In this document: positions 15,968-23,349 of the stretch, piece after piece | Layout: every line of letters starts with the position of its first letter | How positions within the stretch are numbered: position 1 is the first letter of the stretch | Source: a virus | Lineage: Duplodnaviria > Heunggongvirae > Uroviricota > Caudoviricetes | Direction: 5' to 3' (one strand) | Virus record (IMG/VR): IMGVR_UViG_2537562231_000018 | DNA length: 24,218 nucleotides | Notes under the pieces: model-generated | Seen by the model: only the letters and a program-made list of their open reading frames with translations | Databases searched by the model: none | Told to the model about the DNA's origin: nothing | Position numbers and translations under genes: made by a program

Positions 15968-17053
15968 TTACCCCCTGAAGCCTGGCGGAATTTCGGTATC
16001 CGGTTCAGAAACATGATTCACACAACGCTGGTTGTTCGTGCCGCTTACCGGGAGCAACCAGGGGTTTTCAAAATTCCGGTCCGGTCCAAAAAACGTCGTC
16101 GCTCGCTGAACAAATTCCGTTCCCGTTTTCCCGGTAGTCGCCAGGTATCTTGCGTAACGCCTCACGCCATCCAGCATGGCCTCTGGTGGCACCCCCTCGC
16201 GTAATCTGGCCTTCCAGGCACTGAAAGCGGATTTCTTCGGGTTTGCTCCGGCACGCAACGGGTATTCCCGCCAGACCTGTTCGAACACATCCGGATAATC
16301 CACTCGTCCCACAGGCTGCCCGGTGTTTTCCGGGACTACCTGATCGGCTTCCCGCTGAATGGCGGAATCGGCTTCAGGCTGCTGCAGTTGGTGTGATTGT
16401 TCCGGCTTTGCGGTCATCGCCTGCTGCACAGCGCCCGAATCGGCTTCCGGTGTCGTGCCTGCTGGTTGACCAGGATTGACGTTCTGAACATCCCCTGCCT
16501 GGTTCGTGGCGATTTTTTCGCCATGAAGCATAGTATTTTTATCCTGCTCCTGTTCTTTCTCCTGTTCCTGTTCTTGGCTTAGAAGCCCCTTTAAAGCCTC
16601 TTCGAAGCCCCTTGCTGAATTCCGGCGATTATTCCGCCTCACATCCAGATGGAAATCCGTTTTATATCTGTCGTAAAAGGCTGACAGAAAGGCGTTTTCA
16701 GGTAATGATGCATACTCATTCCTGACACCTGCACAACGGTTATCTCCAGGCTTCAACGTTTCCCCAACCTGCCAGGCTGCCATTTCATGGACCCAGACCA
16801 TCTCGGCATCATGGTCATAGCTACAAAAACCAGCTTCAACAGCCCTTTTAAGCCCCTTCGAAGCCCCTTCCGGACCAAGCCCGGTTTCATGAGCAAGGTA
16901 CAAAACTGGCAGGTAATACAAACCCAACATATTTGCGTGAGGGGATGTCATCAGGTAAAAAGCAACAACTTGCGCTTCTGCACCCGCCTTTCTAAGTTCT
17001 CTCCCCGTTTCTCCCAGCCAGAATCGCGGGGAAACTTTTGCATAATCACGCAT
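15968..17053 (-). CDS. putative replication initiation / replisome-organiser protein
   Basis: 361 aa from ATG 17053 (GAGGTG SD); tracker TTG start at 17074. Assigned by position downstream of the YdaS/YdaT-like genes and a C-terminal region (DVFEQVWREYP..SAFSAWKARL) reminiscent of phage replication proteins; contains a short QEQEQEKEQEQ low-complexity linker. Confidence 0.45.
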   Translation of the reverse strand: MRDYAKVSPRFWLGETGRELRKAGAEAQVVAFYLMTSPHANMLGLYYLPVLYLAHETGLGPEGASKGLKRAVEAGFCSYDHDAEMVWVHEMAAWQVGETLKPGDNRCAGVRNEYASLPENAFLSAFYDRYKTDFHLDVRRNNRRNSARGFEEALKGLLSQEQEQEKEQEQDKNTMLHGEKIATNQAGDVQNVNPGQPAGTTPEADSGAVQQAMTAKPEQSHQLQQPEADSAIQREADQVVPENTGQPVGRVDYPDVFEQVWREYPLRAGANPKKSAFSAWKARLREGVPPEAMLDGVRRYARYLATTGKTGTEFVQRATTFFGPDRNFENPWLLPVSGTNNQRCVNHVSEPDTEIPPGFRG

Positions 17054-17059
17054 GTTCAC

Positions 17060-17095
17060 CTCGTCTGGAGCCAAACCTTCCTCTGGTTATAATCT
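17060..17095 (+). promoter_or_regulatory. candidate promoter for the plus-strand gene 17133..17528
   Basis: Perfect -10 TATAAT at 17088..17093 with a weak -35 (CTGGAG) 17 bp upstream; followed by a strong SD AGGAGG at 17121..17126. Confidence 0.4.
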
Positions 17096-17132
17096 GTGAT
17101 TCACTAATCAACAGAACCAGAGGAGGTTCGAA

Positions 17133-17528
17133 ATGGATTTTGCAACTATCACAAGTAGCGTTGTGTTGAGTGCGTGTGTTGCTGGCGTGGTTTCGCTGGT
17201 TAATGGTGCCTGGCAACGCAAATCGGAACGAACCATTGAAGCGCAACGCCGGGCTGCTGAAGCCAGAGCAAAAATAAGAGAAATGGCTCTCACCCTCGCA
17301 TTGAAAGAATGGGAGCTCCACCAAACCATATCGAAGGCAAAGGGGTATGGTGTCAGCGGCCCAGAAGTTTACGTCTTTCGATACTTTCGTATGCTCAACC
17401 TGATGGAGGAAGACAAATTCACGATTGAAAATCTCAGACTGATCCAGTACGACTCCATGTGTGCTGTTGCAGCAATTCAGGCAGAGATCGAGCGATATCG
17501 GGAGAAAAACGGCCTCCCGATGCCATAA
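17133..17528 (+). CDS. hypothetical membrane-anchored coiled-coil protein, oriented against the surrounding early operon
   Basis: 131 aa; N-terminal TM helix (ITSSVVLSACVAGVVSLVNGAW) then a charged helical region (RKSERTIEAQRRAAEARAKIREMALTLALKEWELHQ..); own -10 and strong SD. Confidence 0.55.
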   Translation: MDFATITSSVVLSACVAGVVSLVNGAWQRKSERTIEAQRRAAEARAKIREMALTLALKEWELHQTISKAKGYGVSGPEVYVFRYFRMLNLMEEDKFTIENLRLIQYDSMCAVAAIQAEIERYREKNGLPMP

Positions 17529-17532
17529 ACAA

Positions 17533-17754
17533 TCAGCGTTTTTCATCTTTCCAAATCCTCATATCAGGCTTGCGCCCAATGAACCGACGAAGACAATTTA
17601 AAGTCCATCGGGTGAAGTAATCCCTGAAACCAAAGAGATACCAGGTGAACAGATTCACGATAAAATGTCCGGCCAGAGCCCCACCAATACCACAGGCAAG
17701 AACAGTAAAAAAATCAGGTAGATTCACAGCCCCCTCCGTCATTGTTAACGCCAT
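17533..17754 (-). CDS. hypothetical small membrane protein
   Basis: 73 aa with a central hydrophobic segment (FFTVLACGIGGALAGHFIVNLFTWYLFGF); 8 nt downstream of the YdaT-like stop; weak SD. Confidence 0.35.
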   Translation of the reverse strand: MALTMTEGAVNLPDFFTVLACGIGGALAGHFIVNLFTWYLFGFRDYFTRWTLNCLRRFIGRKPDMRIWKDEKR

Positions 17755-17762
17755 CCGTGCTT

Positions 17763-18188
17763 TTAGTGCATCACCACGGCATTTCCTGCAGGGCCACCAC
17801 GGTTCATCTGATTGAAACCGGCAATCGCCACTGCGACAAAATCATCAGCGTCTCTCACCAGTCGTTCCCGCGTCTCCACCAGCTCCCGAAAATAGGCTGA
17901 ACTGTGGCTGCGCATTCGGGCCACCAGCAAAGGTGGCATTGCCTTTTCGATCGCTGGTAACAACGCCTGAATTTTTTCAACAGCATCAGGGGTGTCTTTC
18001 TCTACCCAGCGGAAAATTTTCTGTGTATTGCGAGCCAGGGCTTCCGGATGGCTGTCGTCATACAGTTCAGGAAACGTTATACCCAACTCAAAATAAGCCT
18101 GGGTTATTCCAGCTGCTGGAACTTTTTCGCCATCAGGACGCGCCCAGGCATTCATCGCCATGCGGATGTGTTCATGCTTGATTTTCAT
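17763..18188 (-). CDS. ydaT: YdaT-like protein (CII-position gene of Rac-type immunity regions)
   Basis: 141 aa starting MKIKHEHIRMAMNAWARPDGEKVP, the YdaT-family start as I recall it; directly downstream of and overlapping the YdaS-like gene. Confidence 0.6.
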   Translation of the reverse strand: MKIKHEHIRMAMNAWARPDGEKVPAAGITQAYFELGITFPELYDDSHPEALARNTQKIFRWVEKDTPDAVEKIQALLPAIEKAMPPLLVARMRSHSSAYFRELVETRERLVRDADDFVAVAIAGFNQMNRGGPAGNAVVMH

Positions 18189-18453
18189 GAATCAAGCTCC
18201 TAGAAAGTGGTTGTGTTAACGTTTTGGTATCTTCCAGCTCGGGCCAAATATTCATCCAATCAAAAGGCCTTAGTTGCTGACGTGTAACTTCACCATTACT
18301 GGCTCGCTCAATAAGGACACATAACGATGCCCCTAACACTTGACCTTTACTCAATGCCTTTCTTAGATAACCGATGCTGGTACCACACTCGCATGCAAAC
18401 ATACGCTGTTCATCTGACGAAAGAGAATTGAGAAATATTCTTAATTCTTCCAT
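18172..18453 (-). CDS. ydaS: YdaS-like HTH protein (Cro-position regulator)
   Basis: 93 aa; HTH-like segment QRMFACECGTSIGYLRKALSKGQ; AAGGAG SD; divergent from the repressor across an operator-bearing intergenic region. Confidence 0.6.
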   Translation of the reverse strand: MEELRIFLNSLSSDEQRMFACECGTSIGYLRKALSKGQVLGASLCVLIERASNGEVTRQQLRPFDWMNIWPELEDTKTLTQPLSRSLIHENQA

Positions 18454-18482
18454 AGCTACTCCTTAGTAAACACAGCAAAGAA

Positions 18483-18518
18483 TACCCACAGGTAAACAAA
18501 AGTAAATACCCACAGGTT
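18483..18518. promoter_or_regulatory. OR-like operator pair: TACCCACAGGTA (18483..18494) and TACCCACAGGTT (18507..18518), overlapping divergent promoters
   Basis: Two near-palindromic 12-mers 24 bp apart between the YdaS-like and repressor genes; the same motif recurs twice downstream of the repressor gene. Confidence 0.6.
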
Positions 18519-18553
18519 GTTTACCTTGCAGTAATCGCATCTATTATTTACCT

Positions 18554-18972
18554 ATGGACAAATATGAATTTAGACGACAGCAACTCATCAAAATTCGTGA
18601 TGAGAAATGCGATGGTAAAGCGGTTAACGTGGCCAGAAAGATCGGGCGCGAGCCTTCTTATGTATCAAGAATGTTGTACCCAGAGGGGAAAAAGGGAAAA
18701 AACGGATCGCTGATGATATGGTGGAGATTATCGAAGAGTCCTTTGGGTTACCCCGGGGATGGATGGATGGTATCGTTTCATCATCAACGAACACAGCCTC
18801 CAGTTATGAAACAAGGGTTCTAACGCCACGACAACGTATTTTTTTAGATCTCTTAGACGAACTGCCAGAAAGTGAAGCGGATAACTTATTAAAAACTCTT
18901 GAAGAGAAAAAACAGTATTACAATATGATCTACGAAGAAATCCGTAAAAAGAAAGCACAAAACGCATCATAG
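18554..18972 (+). CDS. RacR/cI-type repressor candidate, split by an apparent frameshift at the A6 run 18697..18702
   Basis: ORF 18554..18823 carries an N-terminal HTH (GKAVNVARKIGREPSYVSRML); ORF 18718..18972 continues in the +2 frame. One extra A in the A6 run would join them into a roughly 140-aa protein. The ATG has no SD and sits 7 nt after a TATTAT -10, so the mRNA would be leaderless like lambda cI. Confidence 0.5.
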
Positions 18973-19015
18973 CTCACCAAACAACTAGTCACCAGTTAAG
19001 ACACCGCAAAAAAGT

Positions 19016-19052
19016 TACCCATGGGTATTTACTTTTTAAATACCTATGGGTA
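19016..19052. promoter_or_regulatory. OL-like operator pair: TACCCATGGGTA (19016..19027) and TACCTATGGGTA (19041..19052)
   Basis: Perfect and near-perfect 12-bp palindromes of the same family as the 18483/18507 sites, 25 bp apart, upstream of the rightward small-gene cluster. Confidence 0.55.
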
Positions 19053-19238
19053 TCCTTCTTTTCATACCAACCCACCCCGCCCCACAGAATGCAGGGCAAT
19101 ACTTCGAGTTACCAGGCAGTGGTCAGGGGTTAAGTAGCCAGCCCGAGGCGTAAGAACATGACGGCAGGGTTCAACTTTAATAACTATGCAGCAGGTTTTT
19201 GTTCCGCTACCCCGGCGTTAAGGGGAAATGAGGTCAGC

Positions 19239-19394
19239 ATGGATACTATCGATCTTGGCAACAACGAATCTCTGGTGTACGGCGTATTTCCAAACCAGGA
19301 CGGCACGTTCACCGCAATGACGTATACCAAAAGCAAAACGTTTAAAACCGAAAATGGTGCCCGTCGCTGGCTGGAAAGAAACTCAGGTGAGTGA
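19239..19394 (+). CDS. hypothetical small protein (51 aa; YdaF/YdaG-like by position)
   Basis: MDTIDLGNNESLVYGVFPNQDGTFTAMTYTKSKTFKTENGARRWLERNSGE with GAGGT SD; tracker ORF extends upstream to 19158. Confidence 0.4.
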   Translation: MDTIDLGNNESLVYGVFPNQDGTFTAMTYTKSKTFKTENGARRWLERNSGE

Positions 19395-19395
19395 T

Positions 19396-19524
19396 ATGGA
19401 TTTCGACACAATCATGGAAAAGGCTTACGAAGAATACTTCGAAGGCCTTGCCGAAGGCGAAGAAGCTCTCAGCTTCAGTGAGTTTAAACAGGCGCTTTCC
19501 AGTTCGGCAAAATCTAACGGCTGA
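19396..19524 (+). CDS. hypothetical small acidic protein (42 aa)
   Basis: MDFDTIMEKAYEEYFEGLAEGEEALSFSEFKQALSSSAKSNG; GGTGA SD; start 1 nt after the previous stop. The overlapping 69-aa GTG ORF 19391..19600 is in another frame and looks non-coding. Confidence 0.35.
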   Translation: MDFDTIMEKAYEEYFEGLAEGEEALSFSEFKQALSSSAKSNG

Positions 19525-19553
19525 TAAGCGAAACAGCACCGCGAGGAATCAGT

Positions 19554-19772
19554 ATGCAGAAACGAGAACCCGTCATCATCGCGCCAGACTATACCGATGA
19601 TGAACTTTATGAGTGGATGCGCCAGAAAATTAATGCAGCGCAGGATCTGAAATGGGCTAATGAAGCCAGGGCTAAGCAGGCTGAAAATCTGTCCGCTCTG
19701 GAGCAGGATATCACCAGGCTGGAAAAAGCAGCGGCATTAAGCATTGCCAGAATGATTACATACCCGCGTTAA
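19554..19772 (+). CDS. hypothetical small protein (72 aa)
   Basis: GAGGAA SD upstream of the ATG; charged helical composition; same size class as Kil-type proteins in Rac but not verified. Confidence 0.4.
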   Translation: MQKREPVIIAPDYTDDELYEWMRQKINAAQDLKWANEARAKQAENLSALEQDITRLEKAAALSIARMITYPR

Positions 19773-20174
19773 TAGCTAACCAACGAAGCTAAGGTTGGTA
19801 ATTAAGGAGTTCTCCACGGGTGAGGTGGAGTGCGTACGCCGGACACGGGTGAGCATCCGGCACTGACAGTTTACTGAAAGGATATTTCCATGAAAAGTCA
19901 GACCATAACGCGAAAGCGCACGGCGAGGTAGCTGGTTCATAGATAACCTGTCGTTAAATTTTCGTCGACCGTGCGCTTCCGGTTGTGGCACTCCGCGAAA
20001 TGGCGCGGCGGTAAGTATGGCGGGGTTATTCCTTCCCCGTTGAGGACATCGGGTTGTCAGGTTGACCATACGCTTAAGTGACAACCCCGCTGCAACGCCC
20101 TCTGTTATCAATTTTCTGGTGACGTTTGGCGGTATCAGTTTTACTCCGTGGCTGCTCTGCCGCCCTTTTTAAAG

Positions 20175-20322
20175 TGAATTTTGTGATGCGGTGAATGCGG
20201 CTCAGCGCACGCGGAACAGTTAAAACCAAAAACAGTGTTATGGGTGGATTCTCTGTATCCGGCGTTAATTGTTAACTGGTTAACGTCACCTGGAGGCACC
20301 AGGCACCGCATCACAAAATTCA
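20175..20322. repeat. 19-bp perfect inverted repeat (TGAATTTTGTGATGCGGTG at 20175..20193; CACCGCATCACAAAATTCA at 20304..20322) enclosing 110 bp
   Basis: Exact reverse-complement arms read directly from the sequence; right arm ends 17 nt upstream of the ATG at 20340; enclosed segment contains two GTTAAC palindromes. Confidence 0.6.
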
Positions 20323-20339
20323 TTGTTGAGGACGCGATA

Positions 20340-20441
20340 ATGGAAACGTTATTACCAAACGTTAATACGTCTGAAGGTTGTTTTGAAATTGGTGTCACTA
20401 TCAGTAACCCTGTATTTACTGAAGATGCCATTAACAAGAGA
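20340..20441 (+). pseudogene. 5' portion (34 codons) of a small gene interrupted by IS66 copy 2; 3' portion at 22982..23068
   Basis: METLLPNVNTSEGCFEIGVTISNPVFTEDAINKR then the IS; joining across the IS and one copy of the target duplication restores a 62-codon ORF whose TGA overlaps the ATG of the downstream gene at 23065. Confidence 0.45.
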
Positions 20442-20526
20442 GTAAGCGTAAACTGACCGCCGTATGTAGCCATCAGACGAGAATTGGTAACTTAGACGCC
20501 CATCTGATATAGACGGACATCTAAGT

Positions 20527-20952
20527 ATGGAATTACAGGACTGGCGAAAAGAACCTCGTAAAAACTATTCGAATGAATTCAAACTTCGTATGGTGGAACT
20601 GGCATCACAACCTGGAGCTTGTGTTGCACAGATTGCACGTGAAAATGGCGTCAATGATAATGTTATTTTCAAATGGCTCAGGCTCTGGCAGAACGAAGGG
20701 CGTGTTTCGCGGCGTCTTCCGGTAACGACCTCTTCTGACACTGGCGTTGAATTATTACCTGTAGAAATAACGCCGGATGAGCAGAAAGAACCTGTGGCGG
20801 CCATTGCGCCGTCTTTATCCACTTCCACTCAGACCAGAGTCAGTGCCAGTTCCTGCAAGGTGGAATTCCGTCACGGTAACATGACGCTGGAAAATCCATC
20901 GCCAGAGCTGCTCACAGTGTTGATCCGTGAACTGACCGGGAGGGGAAGATGA
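20527..20952 (+). CDS. IS66-family accessory protein (orfA), copy 2
   Basis: 141 aa; EFKLRMVELASQPGACVAQIARENGVNDNVIFKWLRLW. Confidence 0.85.
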   Translation: MELQDWRKEPRKNYSNEFKLRMVELASQPGACVAQIARENGVNDNVIFKWLRLWQNEGRVSRRLPVTTSSDTGVELLPVEITPDEQKEPVAAIAPSLSTSTQTRVSASSCKVEFRHGNMTLENPSPELLTVLIRELTGRGR

Positions 20953-21299
20953 TCTCACTCCCATCAGGTACCCGTATCTGGCTCGTTGCCGGCGTTACCG
21001 ATATGCGTAAATCCTTCAACGGACTGGGAGAACAGGTACAACATGTGCTGAATGATAATCCCTTCTCCGGTCACCTGTTTATCTTCCGTGGCCGACGGGG
21101 TGACACCGTCAAAATTCTTTGGGCTGATGCTGATGGTCTGTGCCTGTTCACCAAACGCCTGGAGGAAGGCCAGTTTATCTGGCCTGCGGTACGTGACGGC
21201 AAGGTATCCATTACCCGCTCGCAACTGGCAATGCTCCTCGATAAGCTGGACTGGCGTCAGCCAAAAACTTCCAGCCGTAACTCACTGACAATGTTGTAA
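20949..21299 (+). CDS. IS66-family orfB (TnpB), copy 2
   Basis: 116 aa; RIWLVAGVTDMRKSFNGLGEQV..HLFIFRGRRGDTVKILWADADGLCLFTKRLE. Confidence 0.85.
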   Translation: MISLPSGTRIWLVAGVTDMRKSFNGLGEQVQHVLNDNPFSGHLFIFRGRRGDTVKILWADADGLCLFTKRLEEGQFIWPAVRDGKVSITRSQLAMLLDKLDWRQPKTSSRNSLTML

Positions 21300-21329
21300 A
21301 AAACTCCTGACCGCATTATAAAAACGGTC

Positions 21330-22943
21330 ATGAGTCAGAAATACCTCATTCGCATCGCAGAGCTGGAAAGGTTGCTCTCTGAGCAGGCTGAAGCCCTCCG
21401 TCAGAAAGACCAGCAACTGAGTCTGGTTGAAGAGACGGAAGCCTTCCTGCGCTCTGCACTGACACGTGCCGAAGAAAAGATCGAAGAAGATGAACGGGAA
21501 ATAGAACATCTGCGGGCTCAGATAGAAAAACTGCGCCGGATGCTGTTCGGTACCCGTTCTGAAAAACTGCGTCGTGAAGTTGAACTGGCTGAGGCTCTGC
21601 TGAAACAACGTGAACAGGACAGCGATCGTTAACAGTGGGCGGGAAGACGATCCTCAGGTTCCCCGCCAGTTGCGACAGTCGCGCCATCGTCGTCCGTTAC
21701 CGGCACACCTTCCCCGTGAAATACACCGCCTGGAGCCAGAAGAAAGCTGTTGCCCGGAGTGTGGCGGTGAGCTGGATTATCTGGGGGAAGTCAGCGCAGA
21801 ACAACTGGAACTGGTGAGCAGCGCCCTAAAAGTGATCCGCACAGAACGGGTAAAAAAAGCCTGTACAAAATGTGACTGCATCGTTGAAGCACCGGCACCA
21901 TCCCGCCCGATAGAGCGTGGTATCGCGGGCCCGGATTACTTGCCCGCGTGTTAACGGGAAAATACTGCGAACATCTGCCACTGTATCGTCAGAGTGAAAT
22001 CTTTGCCCGCCAGGGTGTCGAACTGAGCCGGGCCTTACTCTCCAACTGGGTTGACGCGTGCTGCCAGTTAATGACACCGGTGAATGATGCCCTGTACCGT
22101 TATGTAATGAACACCCGCAAGGTTCACACTGATGACACACCGGTAAAGGTACTGGCACCGGGTCAGAAAAAGGCGAAAACAGGGCGTATCTGGACGTATG
22201 TCCGGGATGATCGCAATGTGGGTTCGTCATCTCCTCCAGCGGTCTGGTTCGCGTACTCGCCGAACCGGCAGGGGAAACACCCGGAGCAACACCTCCGCCC
22301 CTTCCGGGGTATCCTGCAGGCGGATGCGTTCACAGGTTACGACAGGTTGTTCAGTGCAGAACGTGAAGGTGGTGCACTGACAGAAGTTGCGTGCTGGGCC
22401 CATGCCCGGCGAAAAATCCACGATGTATACATCAGCAGCAAAAGTGCGACGGCAGAAGAAGCCCTGAAGCGAATCAGTGAACTGTACGCCATCGAGGATG
22501 AAATACGGGGATTACCGGAGTCAGAGCGTCTTGCCGTCAGGCAGCAGCGAAGCAAAGTGTTACTGACGTCGCTGCATGAATGGATGGTGGAGAAGAATGG
22601 TACGCTGTCGAAAAAATCCAGACTGGGCGAAGCGTTCAGCTATGTACTGAATCAGTGGGATGCCCTCTGTTATTACAGTGATGACGGTCTGGCGGAGGCG
22701 GATAATAATGCTGCGGAAAGAGCGCTTCGTGCAGTCTGTCTAGGAAAGAAAAACTTTATGTTCTTTGGCAGCGATCACGGCGGCGAGCGTGGAGCACTGT
22801 TGTACGGGCTGATCGGCACCTGCCGTCTGAACGGTATCGATCCGGAAGCGTATCTGCGCCATATCCTGAGCGTACTGCCGGAATGGCCTTCCAACCGAGT
22901 TGACGAACTCCTGCCATGGAACGTAGTACTCACCAATAAATAA
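21330..22943 (+). pseudogene. IS66-family transposase (orfC) broken into three ORFs by two frameshifts
   Basis: ORFs 21330..21632, 21610..21954 and 21948..22943 together align along the copy-1 TnpC; the second break coincides with a G-run (GGCCCGGATTAC where copy 1 has the equivalent of GGCCCGGGATTAC). Confidence 0.8.
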
Positions 22944-23064
22944 GCGTCAATACGGTGCTCCGTTGACGCTTACACAAGAGAAAACACGAACGGGAGTTAT
23001 TAAATAAAATATGCATTCTTTCAATGCTGGCCCGTTTACGTCCGATACAAAAAGGATGCTGGCA

Positions 23065-23256
23065 ATGAATACAGCATTTGCACTTGTTCTGACAGTTTTT
23101 CTTGTTTCCGGAGAGCCAGTTGATATTGCAGTCAGTGTTCACAGGACAATGCAGGAGTGTATGACTGCAGCAACCGAACAGAAAATTCCCGGTAACTGTT
23201 ACCCGGTCGATAAAGTTATTCACCAGGATAATATCGAAATCCCGGCAGGTCTTTAA
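23065..23256 (+). CDS. hypothetical small secreted protein (63 aa, signal peptide)
   Basis: MNTAFALVLTVFLVSGEPVDIAVSV.. with AAGGA SD; tracker ORF starts further upstream at 23011. Confidence 0.45.
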   Translation: MNTAFALVLTVFLVSGEPVDIAVSVHRTMQECMTAATEQKIPGNCYPVDKVIHQDNIEIPAGL

Positions 23257-23349
23257 AACAGTTCCGTAATAAATATCCGGTTTCATTCTTATATGCCAGC
23301 AATGGCAGGGATTTGTTCATCCTTAAATCTGTCATGAGGTTAAAACAAA

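Larger units (their letters stand above)
20442..22973 (+). mobile_element. IS66-family insertion sequence, copy 2 (2532 bp, a different family member from copy 1) with 8-bp target duplication ACAAGAGA
   Basis: Ends GTAAGCGTAAACTGACCGCC and ..GACGCTTAC; identical ACAAGAGA at 20434..20441 and 22974..22981; orfB about 70 percent identical to copy 1 by eye. Confidence 0.9.

Noticed and set aside
16541-16576. Short CTCCTGTTC-type repeat
   Set aside because: It simply encodes the QEQEQEKEQEQ linker of the replication protein; too short and irregular to be a CRISPR or VNTR array.
17046-17546. 166-aa minus-strand ORF overlapping the plus-strand gene 17133..17528
   Set aside because: Cys-rich, low-complexity translation without SD; the opposite strand has a strong SD, a -10 element and a membrane/coiled-coil architecture.
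20175-20322. Retron msr/msd interpretation of the 19-bp inverted repeat
   Set aside because: Retron a1/a2 repeats are followed by a reverse-transcriptase gene; no ORF of that size or motif (YADD) exists downstream.
19776-20473. Minus-strand ORFs 19776..20111 and 20141..20473 in the structured non-coding stretch
   Set aside because: No SD, antisense to the local gene direction, arginine-rich low-complexity translations.
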